Below, piece by piece: positions 42,501 to 55,436 of a DNA stretch of 64,000 nucleotides. The stretch spans positions 1 to 64,000 of the forward strand of contig NIVC01002507.1 in NCBI GenBank assembly GCA_002269645.1. Direction: 5' to 3'. The notes beneath the pieces are model-generated. The model was not told the DNA's origin. It did no database searches and saw only the letters and a program-made list of their open reading frames with translations. Position numbers and translations under genes: made by a program. The number at the start of each line of letters is the position of its first letter. The first letter of the stretch is position 1. Source of the stretch: Macrostomum lignano (taxonomy: Eukaryota).

Positions 42501-43434
42501 AGTTAAAAGTTGTCGGAAGGCTCAGCTCACTTAAAATTTGGTCTCTTAAACGTTATTTTCTGAGCTATTATTGGCAAAATGGGTTGTTGATTATGCGACT
42601 AATTGGCTTTTCGGCCGGTATTTCAGTTATTTCTTGCATACAGATCTGTTAAATAATATTTTATATTTTACGAGTAATAATATATAGAATGTATGATCAC
42701 AACCTACTATTATTATTAGCTACGCCCATGAACATGAAGAAATGCCATCGATTTTGTGACAACATTCTAGCTGAAATCAATACGATAAAATAGTTATGTA
42801 CTTACTATCCTACTGATTGTAAAAAGACAAGAAAATCTTGTGTGAAAAACAAGTGCTGTTTAACCCACAGAACTGTTCTGCGGTTTAACCAGCTACAGTT
42901 GTTCAATGGTATAATTCAATTAACTTTCGTACAATAATGTACGACATTAACAGCGCCAGCCTCGCAAGGACAAGTCCCCAAATAACAGCCCCACCAAGGG
43001 GCAGTCCCCAAAAAAGACAGCACCAAAAAGGACAGTGCCCCAAGCAGTATGACACCCCAATCATTATGATGACCCAATCAGTATGATGACCCAATCAGTA
43101 TGATGAGCCAATCAGTATGATGAGCCAATCAGTATGATGAGCCAATCAGTATGATGACCCAATCAGTATGATGACCCAATCAGTATGATGACCCAATCAG
43201 TATGACGCCCCAATCAGTGACGCCCCAATCAGTGACGCCCCAATCAGTATGACGCACCCAAAGTGTGGCATCCAAAAGCATTTAAACCACACCAATCAAA
43301 AACTTAAATCCGCTACAGAAATCCCCGCTGGTGCAAGAAATTAAGCTTCGCATGACTCACATTTGAAATGTGGCAGACAGCAGCAGAAGAGTCGACAGTC
43401 TTCTGCCTATCACAATCTGCAAATTCAGTCGCAT
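39531..43434 (-). pseudogene. Receptor-like gene, copy E
   Basis: E1 43434-43361, E2 42453-42155, E3 from ~42065 with TGA at 42052-42054 plus a small deletion, E4 from 41810, E5 40311-40140, E6 from 40041 with an internal tail deletion. Confidence 0.75.
43056..43252 (+). repeat. 17-bp satellite (CCAATCAGTATGATGAC)~12 in intron 1 of copy E
   Basis: Same unit as 28480-30300, at the paralogous intron position. Confidence 0.95.
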
Positions 43435-44949
43435 GTCGCTCACTTCCGGCACCTAAAATTCGCGATGAGATGTGGGTGCAGCATGGAGTTTCTGTGTCTG
43501 CGCCAGCTTTTACACGTAAGACGTGAAACTGCTAAACAAAGATATTCGTAAATTGCATCAAACTTCTTGTACGCGTACTATACGAAATTTCTAATTTAGC
43601 AATCTGATTTCTGTTTTAGTACCCGGATGTAGTGACACATTTCTTGGCTTTTAGCTCGTGCTCGTAGTTTATCCAACCCTGCTGCCAAGAAATTTTAGAT
43701 GCAAAATCGTGTAGATTTAGTTTTTATTTGATTTTATATACAATGAAGCATCTGGCGAGCCAGACTCAGCCTTTGCTCTGACTTACCTGAGCATACGAGC
43801 GTAATTGCATGTATATTTGAGTGGCTCTAATGACCTCAATAGCTATAATACTATACATGTGTTGCAGATTTAGTCATCTTTTCAGATTGAATTTAAAAAT
43901 AATTTAGCAGTAGAAGTACAATACACACACAACCCCAAAGGACTCGCGAACGAGAATGTCTGTTAATCGAACGATGGTAGAAAATTCTGTGGTAACACAA
44001 AATATTTTGTTAACGATTCTAACTATTTTGCTTCCTATCTTTCCTTAAACAAATATCATTTGACAAAAGAGGACACTTTAACATGGCCATCAAATTATGC
44101 TCAAATTTCTTAAAAACTATGGTAACTAAATGTGCACGAAACTCAACTCACTGTCCATGTGGACTCACTCACCAAGAGATGTTGGCCAACTCCAGCTTCC
44201 TGCAGACTTTATGCAAGAAAATTTAAGAAGGGAGCACCACGGAAAACGCATGATTTTACAGGCGAAGCCGCGGTAACTCTGTGGCAGATCCAAGTAAAAT
44301 CCAAGTAAAAACCCACGGCTTTTCCGCGGCGAATGTTTCTCTTAAAGCAGTTGGAATTTGCCCCTCCTTTCAAGTACAACTAAAAGGCAATTCCATGGCT
44401 CTCCCATGGAAATTCAGTCAGTAGAATTGTTTAAATAGGGTTGGAGTGTGGGTGTATGCGTGCGCACAGTTGCCGCCCTATTGTACGAGTACGTAGCATG
44501 CCAGGAAAGAGAGACAGAAGAGATCTGTATCGTTCATGCGCTTTCAGACCAAGCATGCACTGTTCTCTGTACGCCGCCTAACGCTGTACGTTCGTACAAA
44601 AAAGAAAACTTCAATTTTTCTGTGAACTTAAGAGTTCTTTATTTATTGTTCAAAGCTCAAGGCCCAAAGGCAAAGCAGTTAACTGCAGGGAATGATTACA
44701 AGCATGTGACATACGTAGGGTCTGGTGGATGTCACTGTCGTCAAAAGTTAAGAGACTAAAATTTTCTTTAGGGTTTCACAAGGGTCTTCAGAATGTGTTT
44801 ATGAATTCTTCTTTTAGTTCAGTTCAACAACTGCGAGCAGTGCGAGCTTACGAGCTAAAAGTACTGAGGTGCAGAAACAGCATGAGTATTAGTTTCTTCG
44901 CTCTCATTTTTTTTCTGGTGGAAAACTTTAGCTAGAACTTTAGGGTATG

Positions 44950-45490
44950 TTTCACATTCCCCAGAGTTCACATTCCCCAGATTTCACATTCCCCAGAGTT
45001 CACATTCCCCAGAGTTCACATTCCCCAGAGTTCACATTCCCCAGATTTCACATTCCCCAGAGTTCACATTCCCCAGAGTTCACATTCCCCAGAGTTCACA
45101 TTCCCCAGATTTTACATTCCCCAGAGTTCACATTCCCCAGAGTTTACATTCCCCAGAGTTCACATTCACCAGAATTCCCATTTCCCAGATTTTGCATAAC
45201 CAGTTTTCACATTCCCCAGATTTCAAATTCCGCAGATTTCAAATTTCCCAGATCAAATTCCGCATATTTCACATTCCCCAGATTTCACATTCCGCAGATT
45301 TCAAATTCCGCAGATTTCACATTCACCAGATTTCACATTCCCCCAGTGTTCACATTCACCAGAATTCCCATTCCCCAGATTTTGCATCAACAGATTTCAC
45401 ATTTCCCAGATTTAACATTCCTTGCATTTCACACTCACCATATTTCACATTCCCAAGATTTTACGTTCCCAAAATTTTACATTCCCCATA
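44950..45490 (+). repeat. Expanded CACATTCCCCAGA(G/T)TT ~16-bp low-complexity repeat
   Basis: Tandem units. Degenerate versions occur at ~2130-2310, 9740-10110, 24590-24780, 37990-38190 and 48590-48700. Confidence 0.9.
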
Positions 45491-46769
45491 TTTCTCCGGC
45501 GTCGCAATAAACAACAATACAGCAGCACAGGGCGCGCCTCTGGGTCAGGTCGCAAAGGAGGGCCACGTCGACGACTGAATCCAGGGCGCAGGCGTCAGAC
45601 AGCAGGCAGGAGACAAGGCGCGAACCCGCGATACGCGGCCTGCCTGCCTGCTTGTGCCAGCTGGACGCCACCCTCACCCATGTACGTAGGAAAAACCCAG
45701 AGCTATTTTTAGCAACACATCTATAGAGAGCCATCTGCATGTGCAAGTACAAGGGATTCTCTGGCCTGTGCGGAACGCTCCTTGATTTTTAAACGTTATT
45801 AACAGGTTTTTTCCCTATTATCTTCTGCTTCCATGGCAGAAAGACTTCAAACACACCGGCCTCTAAGGCCCTATTATGAGTGCGAGGCTCACAGCTCAGA
45901 ATTCGCAGTAATGAACACTTCAAGGCAGTGTATCTTATAATCAACTAAAACTAATCAACTAATGAATAGTTTGAGCGGGGTAGGGTTAGCGCTCACGCAG
46001 TTTCTCTCTGTGCTGTTTTTATGGCAATTATCAACCCCCGCCTCTCAACACATTTTGCTGCGAGTCTTCTGTGTCACGCGTTCGCAGGCTGCTGGCTTGG
46101 CCCTCAAATCTCAGATTCGTTATTGTCATTTGGGCATTGAGATCGGCTTTCATAAGCTGGTCTGTTTGAATAGGTTTGATCAAGATGAGTAGAGGTTGTT
46201 GTTTTTTCCACTTCGATGCAAGCGCTTTTCCGGTGCTTACAGACAGGTATTAAAAGAATGAAAGAAACTGCAAATGATAACACGAACAAGTTTTGTAACT
46301 TAGATACTTACTGAATGTTATCTTACTTTTTATTTTCTTTCTTTCTAATCTCTTTCCACTTTCTTACTAATCTCTTCTTTGATTAAAAAGATCAGGAGCG
46401 TGGCCACGGAAGGGCCAAAGGGCGATCCGACCCTCCAAATAGGCTGGCAAAGCTAATGGCTGAGTACCTACTGACTTGGCGCCTCTTCAGCAGGTTTGGC
46501 GCTTCTTTTCCCAATTCTAGCAGTTCCCCCGACCACCACTTTGGCTACTTTGGCCCCAACAACAGCCCTTGGTGCTGGCGCCCCTTGGTGCTGACTCTCA
46601 TTGGCCCAAAAGTACCGGGGTGATAACGGAATGCTTGAGATACCAGCTGAGGATGTCCAGCAGCTTGCCTACTGGATCTCGCTTGATCATCGAAACTAGA
46701 TAAATTTGCAACAGCGTGTCTATAGTCACCTGGTGCCACCTGTGGAAGGTCCAGAAGCTCCGCCTGGGC

Positions 46770-47110
46770 GATGAGGAAGTGAAGCTGGATTTCGAGTAAT
46801 CAGACTCCATAATTATGGATAGTTTGGTCTCTTTTGCAAGCGCGGCTATTGGCTGATCAAATACGAGCTAGAGTTGACTGGCGAACCAAAATCAGACTCA
46901 TTCTTTTAGGACTGCGACTTGCTTGTTCTTAGCTCGTATTCTGCAGTTGGCTGGGCAGCCGCAAGCATCCAGCTGAGCACAGGTTGGCTCGAGTTTTCTC
47001 TCTTAATTATCATCTCTTGTTGGCTCTTATCATCAATGATAAGATTGACAGTTCTGAGTGAGTCACAGAAGACTGAGGAGTTTGTACTCAAAGCAGTATG
47101 GTTTCTATGG
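46770..47110 (-). pseudogene. Relic of receptor-like gene exon 6 (copy F), TM segment deleted
   Basis: Translates as STNSSVFCDSLRTVNLIIDD..SSQPVLSWMLAAAQPTAE, homologous to E6 with internal deletions. Upstream exons are absent. Confidence 0.75.
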
Positions 47111-47126
47111 TACGTTTGGTACTTTT

Positions 47127-47778
47127 GGCAGTCAAATTGTGGCAGTCAAATTGTGGCAGTCAAATTGTGGCAGTCAAATTGTGGCAGTCAAATTGTGGCA
47201 GTCAAATTGTGGCAGTCAAATTGTGGCAGTCAAATTGTGGCAGTCAAATTGTGGCAGTCAAATTGTGGCAGTCAAATTGTGGCAGTCAAATTGTGGCAGT
47301 CAAATTGTGGCAGTCAAATTGTGGCAGTCAAATTGTGGCAGTCAAATTGTGGCAGTCAAATTGTGGCAGTCAAATTGTGGCAGTCAAATTGTGGCAGTCA
47401 AATTGTGGCAGTCAAATTGTGGCAGTCAAATTGTGGCAGTCAAATTGTGGCAGTCAAATTGTGGCAGTCAAATTGTGGCAGTCAAATTGTGGCAGTCAAA
47501 TTGTGGCAGTCAAATTGTGGCAGTCAAATTGTGGCAGTCAAATTGTGGCAGTCAAATTGTGGCAGTCAAATTGTGGCAGTCAAATTGTGGCAGTCAAATT
47601 GTGGCAGTCAAATTGTGGCAGTCAAATTGTGGCAGTCAAATTGTGGCAGTCAAATTGTGGCAGTCAAATTGTGGCAGTCAAATTGTGGCAGTCAAATTGT
47701 GGCAGTCAAATTGTGGCAGTCAAATTGTGGCAGTCAAATTGTGGCAGTCAAATTGTGGCAGTCAAATTGTGGCAGTCA
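47127..47778 (+). repeat. 14-bp satellite (GGCAGTCAAATTGT)~46
   Basis: Perfect tandem 14-mer; accounts for the 14-aa periodic ORFs in all three plus frames. Confidence 0.98.
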
Positions 47779-50700
47779 ACTGCCACAGACTCAACTAAAT
47801 GTGCACGAAACTTAACTCATTGTCTCTGTGTACTAACCAAGAGAAGTTTCTCTGCTTCTTGCAATATTTGCAAATTTTGATGGGGGGTAGCAACCGTGGC
47901 AAACGCATGATTTTATTTACAGGTGAAGCTGCGGTAACTCTGTGGCAAGTCCAAGTGAAACCCACGGCTTTTCCGCGGATTTTTCTTCTGTGAATAAGTC
48001 TCCAAGTACTTTTAAAAGGTCATTCCATGGCTTTTCCATGGAAATTTAGCCGATACAATACAGGAATGCGGATCTATGCCGCCGAGTACTATGCGAGGAA
48101 AGAGAAGCAGAAGGACGCACGCTTCTTGTACCAAAGCAGTTTCCAAAGCAGCATGTACTGTTCGCTGTACGCCTCCCCCCCCCCAAAGTCAAGTGCTGTA
48201 CAAAAAAGGAACTTCAGTTTTGTTCCAAGTTACTTTAGATTTTTTTGTTGTTATTTTGAAAGGTTGCGAAATAAATGAATACGCAATATATGGTACAGTT
48301 CCCACAAAAAGTTCGTAGTTAATAGACTCATCTCACGGCTCAAAGCACTCAACTGCAAGGAATAAGATTATAAGCATGTGAAATTACGTCTGAGTCCGGC
48401 GGATGTCCCTCTCGTCTAAACTAAGGGATTAAAAGTTTATTTTTGTAATCTTTCTTTTAGTTTAGTTTCACAACTGCGAGCTCAAGGTACTGTACGTGTG
48501 GTGCACAAACAGCATTAATTTCGCTGCTCTCATTTTGTACCTTAGGCGGACATCTTAAGCTAGAATTTTCGGGCACTGGGTATGTTTCAAATTACCCCAT
48601 ATTTCATATTTTCCAGATTTCACATCCCTGAATTTTACATTTCTTACATTTTACATTCCCCAAATATTACGTTCCCAAATTCTACATTTCTTTGATTTCC
48701 CTGGCTTCGTAAAGAAGCATCAATAAGATTACGCTGTCAGATTACTTAGACGGCAGCGGCACAGGGCGCGCCTCTGGACCAGGTCGTGAAGGAATGTCAC
48801 GTCGCCGACCGAATCCGGTACATTGGCGTCAGCCAGCAGGCTGCAAACAAGGCGCGAAGCCATGATACGCGGCCTGCCTGCTTGTGCCAGCTGGACGCCG
48901 CCCTCACCCCATGTACGCAGGGGCGAACCCCAGAGCTATTTTTAGCAACACATCTGTAGAGTACAACTTGGGGATTCTCTGGTCTTTTCTGAACGCTCCT
49001 TGATTTTTAAAACGTTATTAACAAATTTTTTTCCTGTTATCTTATTATTGCATCGCTGAAGGACTTTCAAACACACTGGCCTCCAAAAGCCCTATTATGA
49101 GCGCGAGGCTCACAGCTCAGAATTCGCAGTACCGAATATTATTCAAAGCAGTGTATCTTATAGTCAACAAGAACGCATAGGCACAATGCAGAAAATGAAT
49201 ATTTTGAGTTGGATAGAGTTAGCGCTCCTGCAGTTTCTCTCTGTGCTGTTGTTAAGGCAACCATCAACCCCTGCATTTTGCTGGGAGTCTGTGTCACGCG
49301 TTCGTAGGCTGCTAGCTTGGCCCTCAAATCTCAGCTTCGTTATTGTCCTTTGGGAATTGAGGTCGGCTTTCTTAAGCTGGTCTGTTTGGATAGCTTCATG
49401 GTCAAGACGAGTAGAGGTCGTTGTTTTTCCACTTCGATGCAAGCTCTTCTCACCACCAAGCTCTTTTTCGGTGCTTACAGCTATTAAAAGAATAAAAGAA
49501 ACTGCAGATGACAAAATAAACATATTTTGTAACTTATATACTAATTTTAATTATCTTACCTTCTATTTTCCTTCTATCTAATTTCTTTCCACTTTCTTAT
49601 CAATCTCTTCTTTGATTAAAAAAGATCAGAAGCGTGGCCAGGGAAGGGCCCTCCAAAAAGGCTGGCAAAACTAAAGCCCCTTGGTGCTAAAGCCCCTTGG
49701 TGCTAAAGCCCCTTGGTGCTAAAGCCCCTTGGTGCTAAAGCCCCTTGGTGCTAAAGCCCCTTGGTGCTAAAGCCCCTTGGTGCTAAAGCCCCTTGGTGCT
49801 AAAGCCCCTTGGTGCTAAAGCCCCTTGGTGCTAAAGCCCCTTGGTGCTAAAGCCCCTTGGTCCTGGCGCCTCTCATTGCAGTCGTCCCTGAAAGGCACAG
49901 CCCCAATAAAAACCCTAGCTGAAAACCCTGATACGATAAACTCCAAACCAGGTCCGGGAATTTTAGAACTTGACGATAAAACATTTCCGTCGAATTCTGA
50001 CTCCCACCCACTGGGTAGAGATGCAGCTTCAAGACACTTTGTACAAAGAAATGAAGCCCGAACACTAACTACATCTAGATTTAATACTCTGTTGTCTAAA
50101 GAATAAAAAAGGTTAAATTCGATTCATTCTAATAATCCCGTACAGAAATCCGACACACGTGACGCCGCAGGTAAACGCAGGTACTTTTACAATACAGGGA
50201 CGTTCAGCCAACGTCGTTATTCGTCGGTGCAATGCGCCCATTTGTCGGATTCTATGGGCACTCGGTTATGATCTTTTCATAATGAAATGCATTCAATACA
50301 TTCAATTATTCTTCCCTGTTATTCTACTTACCTTTATTCTTATTCAACTCAGGGATGACTTACAGGCAGTTTTTCGATGCCTACTCATCAAGAATATTCT
50401 TGAAAGCAGCTCTCTGACTACCGTAATCACCGATAATTGAGATATTAGATTGCACAATTCTTGAATTACTGCGTTTCTGCTGGATTGTTCAAATGACAGG
50501 TAAATCAGTTTTTTATTATACGCTCGTAAATTCACACTAATTCAGGTACACTTGCATTAAAATCATAAATTTTGCAAAATGTTAAGTATACAACTGCTAC
50601 GAGTAGATTAGTGCGAAACACTCAGTCTCAATGCACTCGTTTATCAGCCACTATTTAATTAACTCAGCTAAAATGCATTCTAAACAGTCTACCATCATTT

Positions 50701-53700
50701 CAAACTTCGTTAACGGTAGTGAATAGATAAAGAGTGACAAACATTAGTAAATATGCTTTAGGGAGCAACTTTGGGAAGCAATGAATGCCAAATAATAAAA
50801 TGTACAGAAAGTTTACACATAAAATAAACATTACAATGCCCGATGCGAGCGTACGAGCGTATTTGCAGTGCGTTCCATATTTATACAGCAAAGTTATTAT
50901 TCTGCAACAAAAGCGGCATATTTACAAAGCAATTAACTGTTATATATAGCAGCATGTTTCTCACTCAGTGGGCTGTGTTGAAGCTCTTCATTGAACTTCC
51001 GAAGACTTTCTTTTTGCTGCTCAGGAGGCAATTAAAAGATTTTACTTTTTAGTTCACAAGTTAACAGCAGCAGCAACATCCCCAAAATACGGTTTTGTTG
51101 GATCTTCCGATGAGTAAGTGAAACTTGATTTCGGCTGATCAGACTCAACTTAGTCTGAGTTATGGATAATTCTGTATCTGTTGCTAGCTCTGTTATTGGC
51201 TGCTATTTTTCAAACTTTATATGCATTTTTCAAGCAGGAGAACACTAATAATTTTGCTCCGGTCATGGGGAGTCACTCAGACGGAATTCGTCGCACTCTC
51301 GAAAATGCCCGTCGTGCAGGTAAAAGCCTTTGGTTTTCTATTCCTTAAAAACATAAATTAATACTCGCAGCTTTTCTTGCCGGCTTGATGCTGCCGTCAG
51401 GACATGTACAGTACATAAGTATACAATATTACAATTATGACATGGTAATTTCAGTCGGTTGGTTATGACATTCCGAATTTGTAAAATCAATGCAGCAGCT
51501 ACAGCCTATTTAATTAAGCTACAGCATATTTATGCAAATAATCAATTTTCCCTACAGAATTTTTACAATCTTACAGCTGCATCATTATTAAGTTTCATAA
51601 TTATTCTTCTTCCTCATTTTTGTTGTATTTATTTTTATTTAATTTAGGCATTAATTTAAGGAAGTTTTTCGATTGCCTACTTTCTAGATTATTCTTGGAA
51701 GTACGACGTATCTCTCTGACTACCTTAATCATCATTCACTTAGTTATCAGCTTGCATAATTCTTGAATAGCTTCATTTCTGCTGGATTCTTAAAGTGACA
51801 GGTTAATCAATATTTTTTTTATAAAATTTCGTTGGCATTTGCAGCAATATACGCTTGTAAATTCACACCAATTACAAACTTGAGTTTCGCAGACAGATAA
51901 AAAGATAAACTACAGATAAGATGAGATACAGATAAAATGGTTAGGTTAGTAGGTCAAATGTTAAACAATGCCCAAAATTGTTCATGCACTCGTTTTTTCA
52001 CCACTGTTTAATTCAGCAACAAACTAAGCAGTCAATCCTTATTCCACACATCTTTCGCGTTATAGTGCAGTGAAAAAATCAGATGTGTGGAAGGATAAGG
52101 TAAAGCAGTAAATGAATTGTAAGTAAATGAAATATTTATAATTTGTTGCATAATAGTGACAGCATAAGTATACAGTGATCACTCGCAGCTGGCAGGCCAC
52201 GTCATCTGCGCCGAGGCCTACTGTCCGGAGCCGGTGCAGGAGGTGCTGCTACTTACGTTGCAGGCACCCTACCGGCGGGACAGCGAGGACTCGGCGCTAC
52301 GTCGACTTTCTGCGTTCCCTTCGAAGTCTGCGTTCGCTAAGCTTCGAAGAGCGCCATCTGACGCTGCTTTTTGCGAACCGGCAGCGTACTCTGTTGTTGT
52401 TGTTGTTGTAGCCTTTGTCAGGTTGATGGGTGTCACTACGTCCGTAATGGGCACATGGGTTGACTTTGAATTTTACCCCGGGATTCAGCTACGACGTCTG
52501 AGGCGCGACGAACCAAAGATTTTTCAGAGTCGGATTGGCAGACCTCAAACCTTCCTCCTTTTTCAACCGGGCTTAAGAGCGTTGCTGCTGTATATTGAAG
52601 GTTCTTCTTGTGCCTTCTTCTCACAAAAAGTAGCGTCGCAGTAAAGATAAGTGCTAACAGAGTCGTAGCAAAAGCTCCAAGCAGAACCATGCTCAGCACA
52701 CTCATCTCTTCAAGACTGGGACTTAGTCTCTTCTTAGACTTAGACTTAGTCCCTTCAGTCTGTTCTTCTTCCGCAGCCGGCTGGGCAGCCGCAAGCATCC
52801 AGCTGAGCACAGGTTGACTTGAGTTTCCGCATCTGTTTCCTGCCGCATCCGGGAAGCTGATCAGAGCCGTAAGCTGCTCACTGCAGTCCGTGAAGCTCAC
52901 CAGCCCGAGTACGTCACCATCAATGGTAAGATTGACAGCTCTGAGCGAGCCGCAGGAGACTGAGGAGTTCTTAGTCTCGACAACATGGTACCTGGAATTC
53001 AAGTGTCAGGAGTTTGTGATTTGTATGTGACTTGACTAGCAAGCAAGGTTAACAAAATTTTGAGACTGCTGATTCTCAAGTCAAGAAACTCACAGCTTAT
53101 CAGCATCCTCGAACTCAGCTATTTTGCAGCCAGCTTCTGCCCCGCAGTTCAGGTAGAATACCTTCTTGGTCCTGTGCTCATAGAACAGTCCGATGCGAAG
53201 CCTCTGAGCGAGATTCAGCGGCTCCTTGCTGCGGGTGCTCAGGCCGGAGCCGACGCGAGTTCGCTGGCCTGGAGCCGGTGTTCAAGGGGAGTGAAATTGT
53301 GCAAAAGTTAAGGTGTGCGGTCTACAACCCAAGGTAAACAGCGATGTTCAGTAAAGGACACTGCATGCGTTCAATAAGCTGGCAACGAAAGCCATTTCTA
53401 AGTTACTGCAGGCGTGGAATTTACCGGTACATCTCTCGTGCGTTACTGCTCCTATTGTGGGTTTTGCGGCGGTTTAACATAACGGCTTTGTGGGCCTGAA
53501 ACTTGTGAATATTATTCGATAATAATATGAAAACTATCGATATAAAAGTAAGTGCAGGACAACTTTATGTTTCTGATTATAGCGCTATCTGGTATCATGG
53601 GCCATATTATTGATGCTGTGTGAAGCATGCATATTGCAAAAATTATGTAGCTTAGGCCATAGGAGCTTGGGGTATGAGATGCAACAGCAAATAAAACGAC

Positions 53701-55436
53701 GGTTTGTAACTTGAAAACTTTATTGAAATAAGAGCGTATTTGGAAATGCAGTTTTTAATTTGCATTAATTATTATTAATTAATTTGAAAATTCGCCAATT
53801 AATTCGGCTTAAATTACCTACAGAGTGTGATTAAACCTTTTAATCATTGTCTTGATTATGATTGGCAATCTGGTGAAAAATGTTTTTTTCAGTGGCGAAA
53901 ATGAGCATTTTTGAGCAATTGTTCAAATTTGATGCATACGCTCGTACACCGCAGCACAATTATCAAGGCAAAACTTCTGGCTACGCATGCATTCTTTCTT
54001 TACCTGCGCTGTTACGTTGTAATAAGCTTTAAATATTGATTTGGTACTGACATGGCGGGTACAAGACCTGAATTTACCAGTTTTCTTGACCCGAAATGTT
54101 ACTGTACTCTAAAATTTGGTGATAGACTTCAAGTTGATTCAATGCAAGCTGCACGCCACAGACATTAACGGTAAGGAATACCTCAGGGAATTTCTCAGTT
54201 AAAATTTCTCAGGGAAAGGCTCATTCGCACTCATTCTCAGGAGCCATTAAATTCAATAGCTAATGTGCAATGGAATATAGAATTTTACTTCATTTGATTG
54301 CAATTTAAATAAGCTTTTGTAGTGTAATTTAAGGTGCTATTTCTAAGATGGCTTTGTTTTTATCCCTAATCCATTCCTGACATGCATGTAGTATATTGAG
54401 GGAAGTTCACTAACACAGCAGCACTCAGCCCTGTTTTAAGATATATAGTCTTCATGTACTAGTAATTCGTACATTATTGTTTCATTTCGCTAAGTGTTTG
54501 TAAAGCCACCGGCTCACTCAGCTTACTCTCTGTGACGAAGTTCTGCAGAGCCTCCGAGCTGTTGAAGCTGGCGAGCCTCATGACTCCGCTGTCAGCGCTC
54601 ATCGCAGCCAGCTCAGCAGTCAGGTTCCGACGAACCGATCCAATGGTGTAGCAGTTGCTCTCAAAATTAGTCATGCTTCTGCAGCAGAATCTTGGCTCCA
54701 TCAGGCGAATTTGCAGAGCTGGGATATTTGCAGAGCTTCTCCGACTCAACCGGAATGAGACCGTCAGGTAGCTCCTACAGTTTGATGTAGAGTACAGTGG
54801 TTGAGTTCAATTACAGAATTATAGATTTCAAAGAATTGGTCCAGCATCGGGCCAGCTCTGTCGTACCCTTTCGTCAGTTGCAGCACGTGCAGCATCTCCA
54901 GCTCCACTGGCTTTGGCTCGCTTGTTGAAGGCGACGAGCAAGTCGCTGGAAATGCATTGGGATTTGTATTGCCAGGGTTAGAATTGAAGTGTTTGACTGG
55001 TTTTATCGAGTTCCAGCTGGCAGTCAGCAGCATGGGTAAAAACCCACTGACTGCTTGCTCACAGATGCCATTCGACTTTATCCCCGCCAACACTGATGGC
55101 ATGCCATGGGTCTCATTTAACCATACACTGAGAATACGTGTCTGTGGCCTAGATGGTTTAGCATTAATATGACTTTCTCGACATCCCCATAAGTCACGGA
55201 TGGCACGCTGTGCGTACCATGTTATTTTTTCGTAATTTTTCAACTACATGTATATATTTGACTGCAAGTACTGGATAGAAAACAAAAACTATAAAAAAGG
55301 ACAACAACAGAACAAAAAACAATTAGGTAAACAATATTTAATGCATCGATGAGGCATTTAGGAGGAGCGTATTCTGAATTTATTTGAATTTCGTATTCTG
55401 AACGTAATTAAGTTTTGCACCGTACCACCAGTGCAA

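Noticed and set aside
44947-45578. ORFs rich in FHIP/SHSP repeats (also ~9804-10272 and 24554-24988)
   Set aside because: They translate the cacattccccaga low-complexity tract, and the frames are not conserved between units.
46919-47880. Long ORFs of 246-298 aa with WQSNCGSQIVAVKL repeats
   Set aside because: They are artefacts of a stop-free 14-bp satellite read in three frames.
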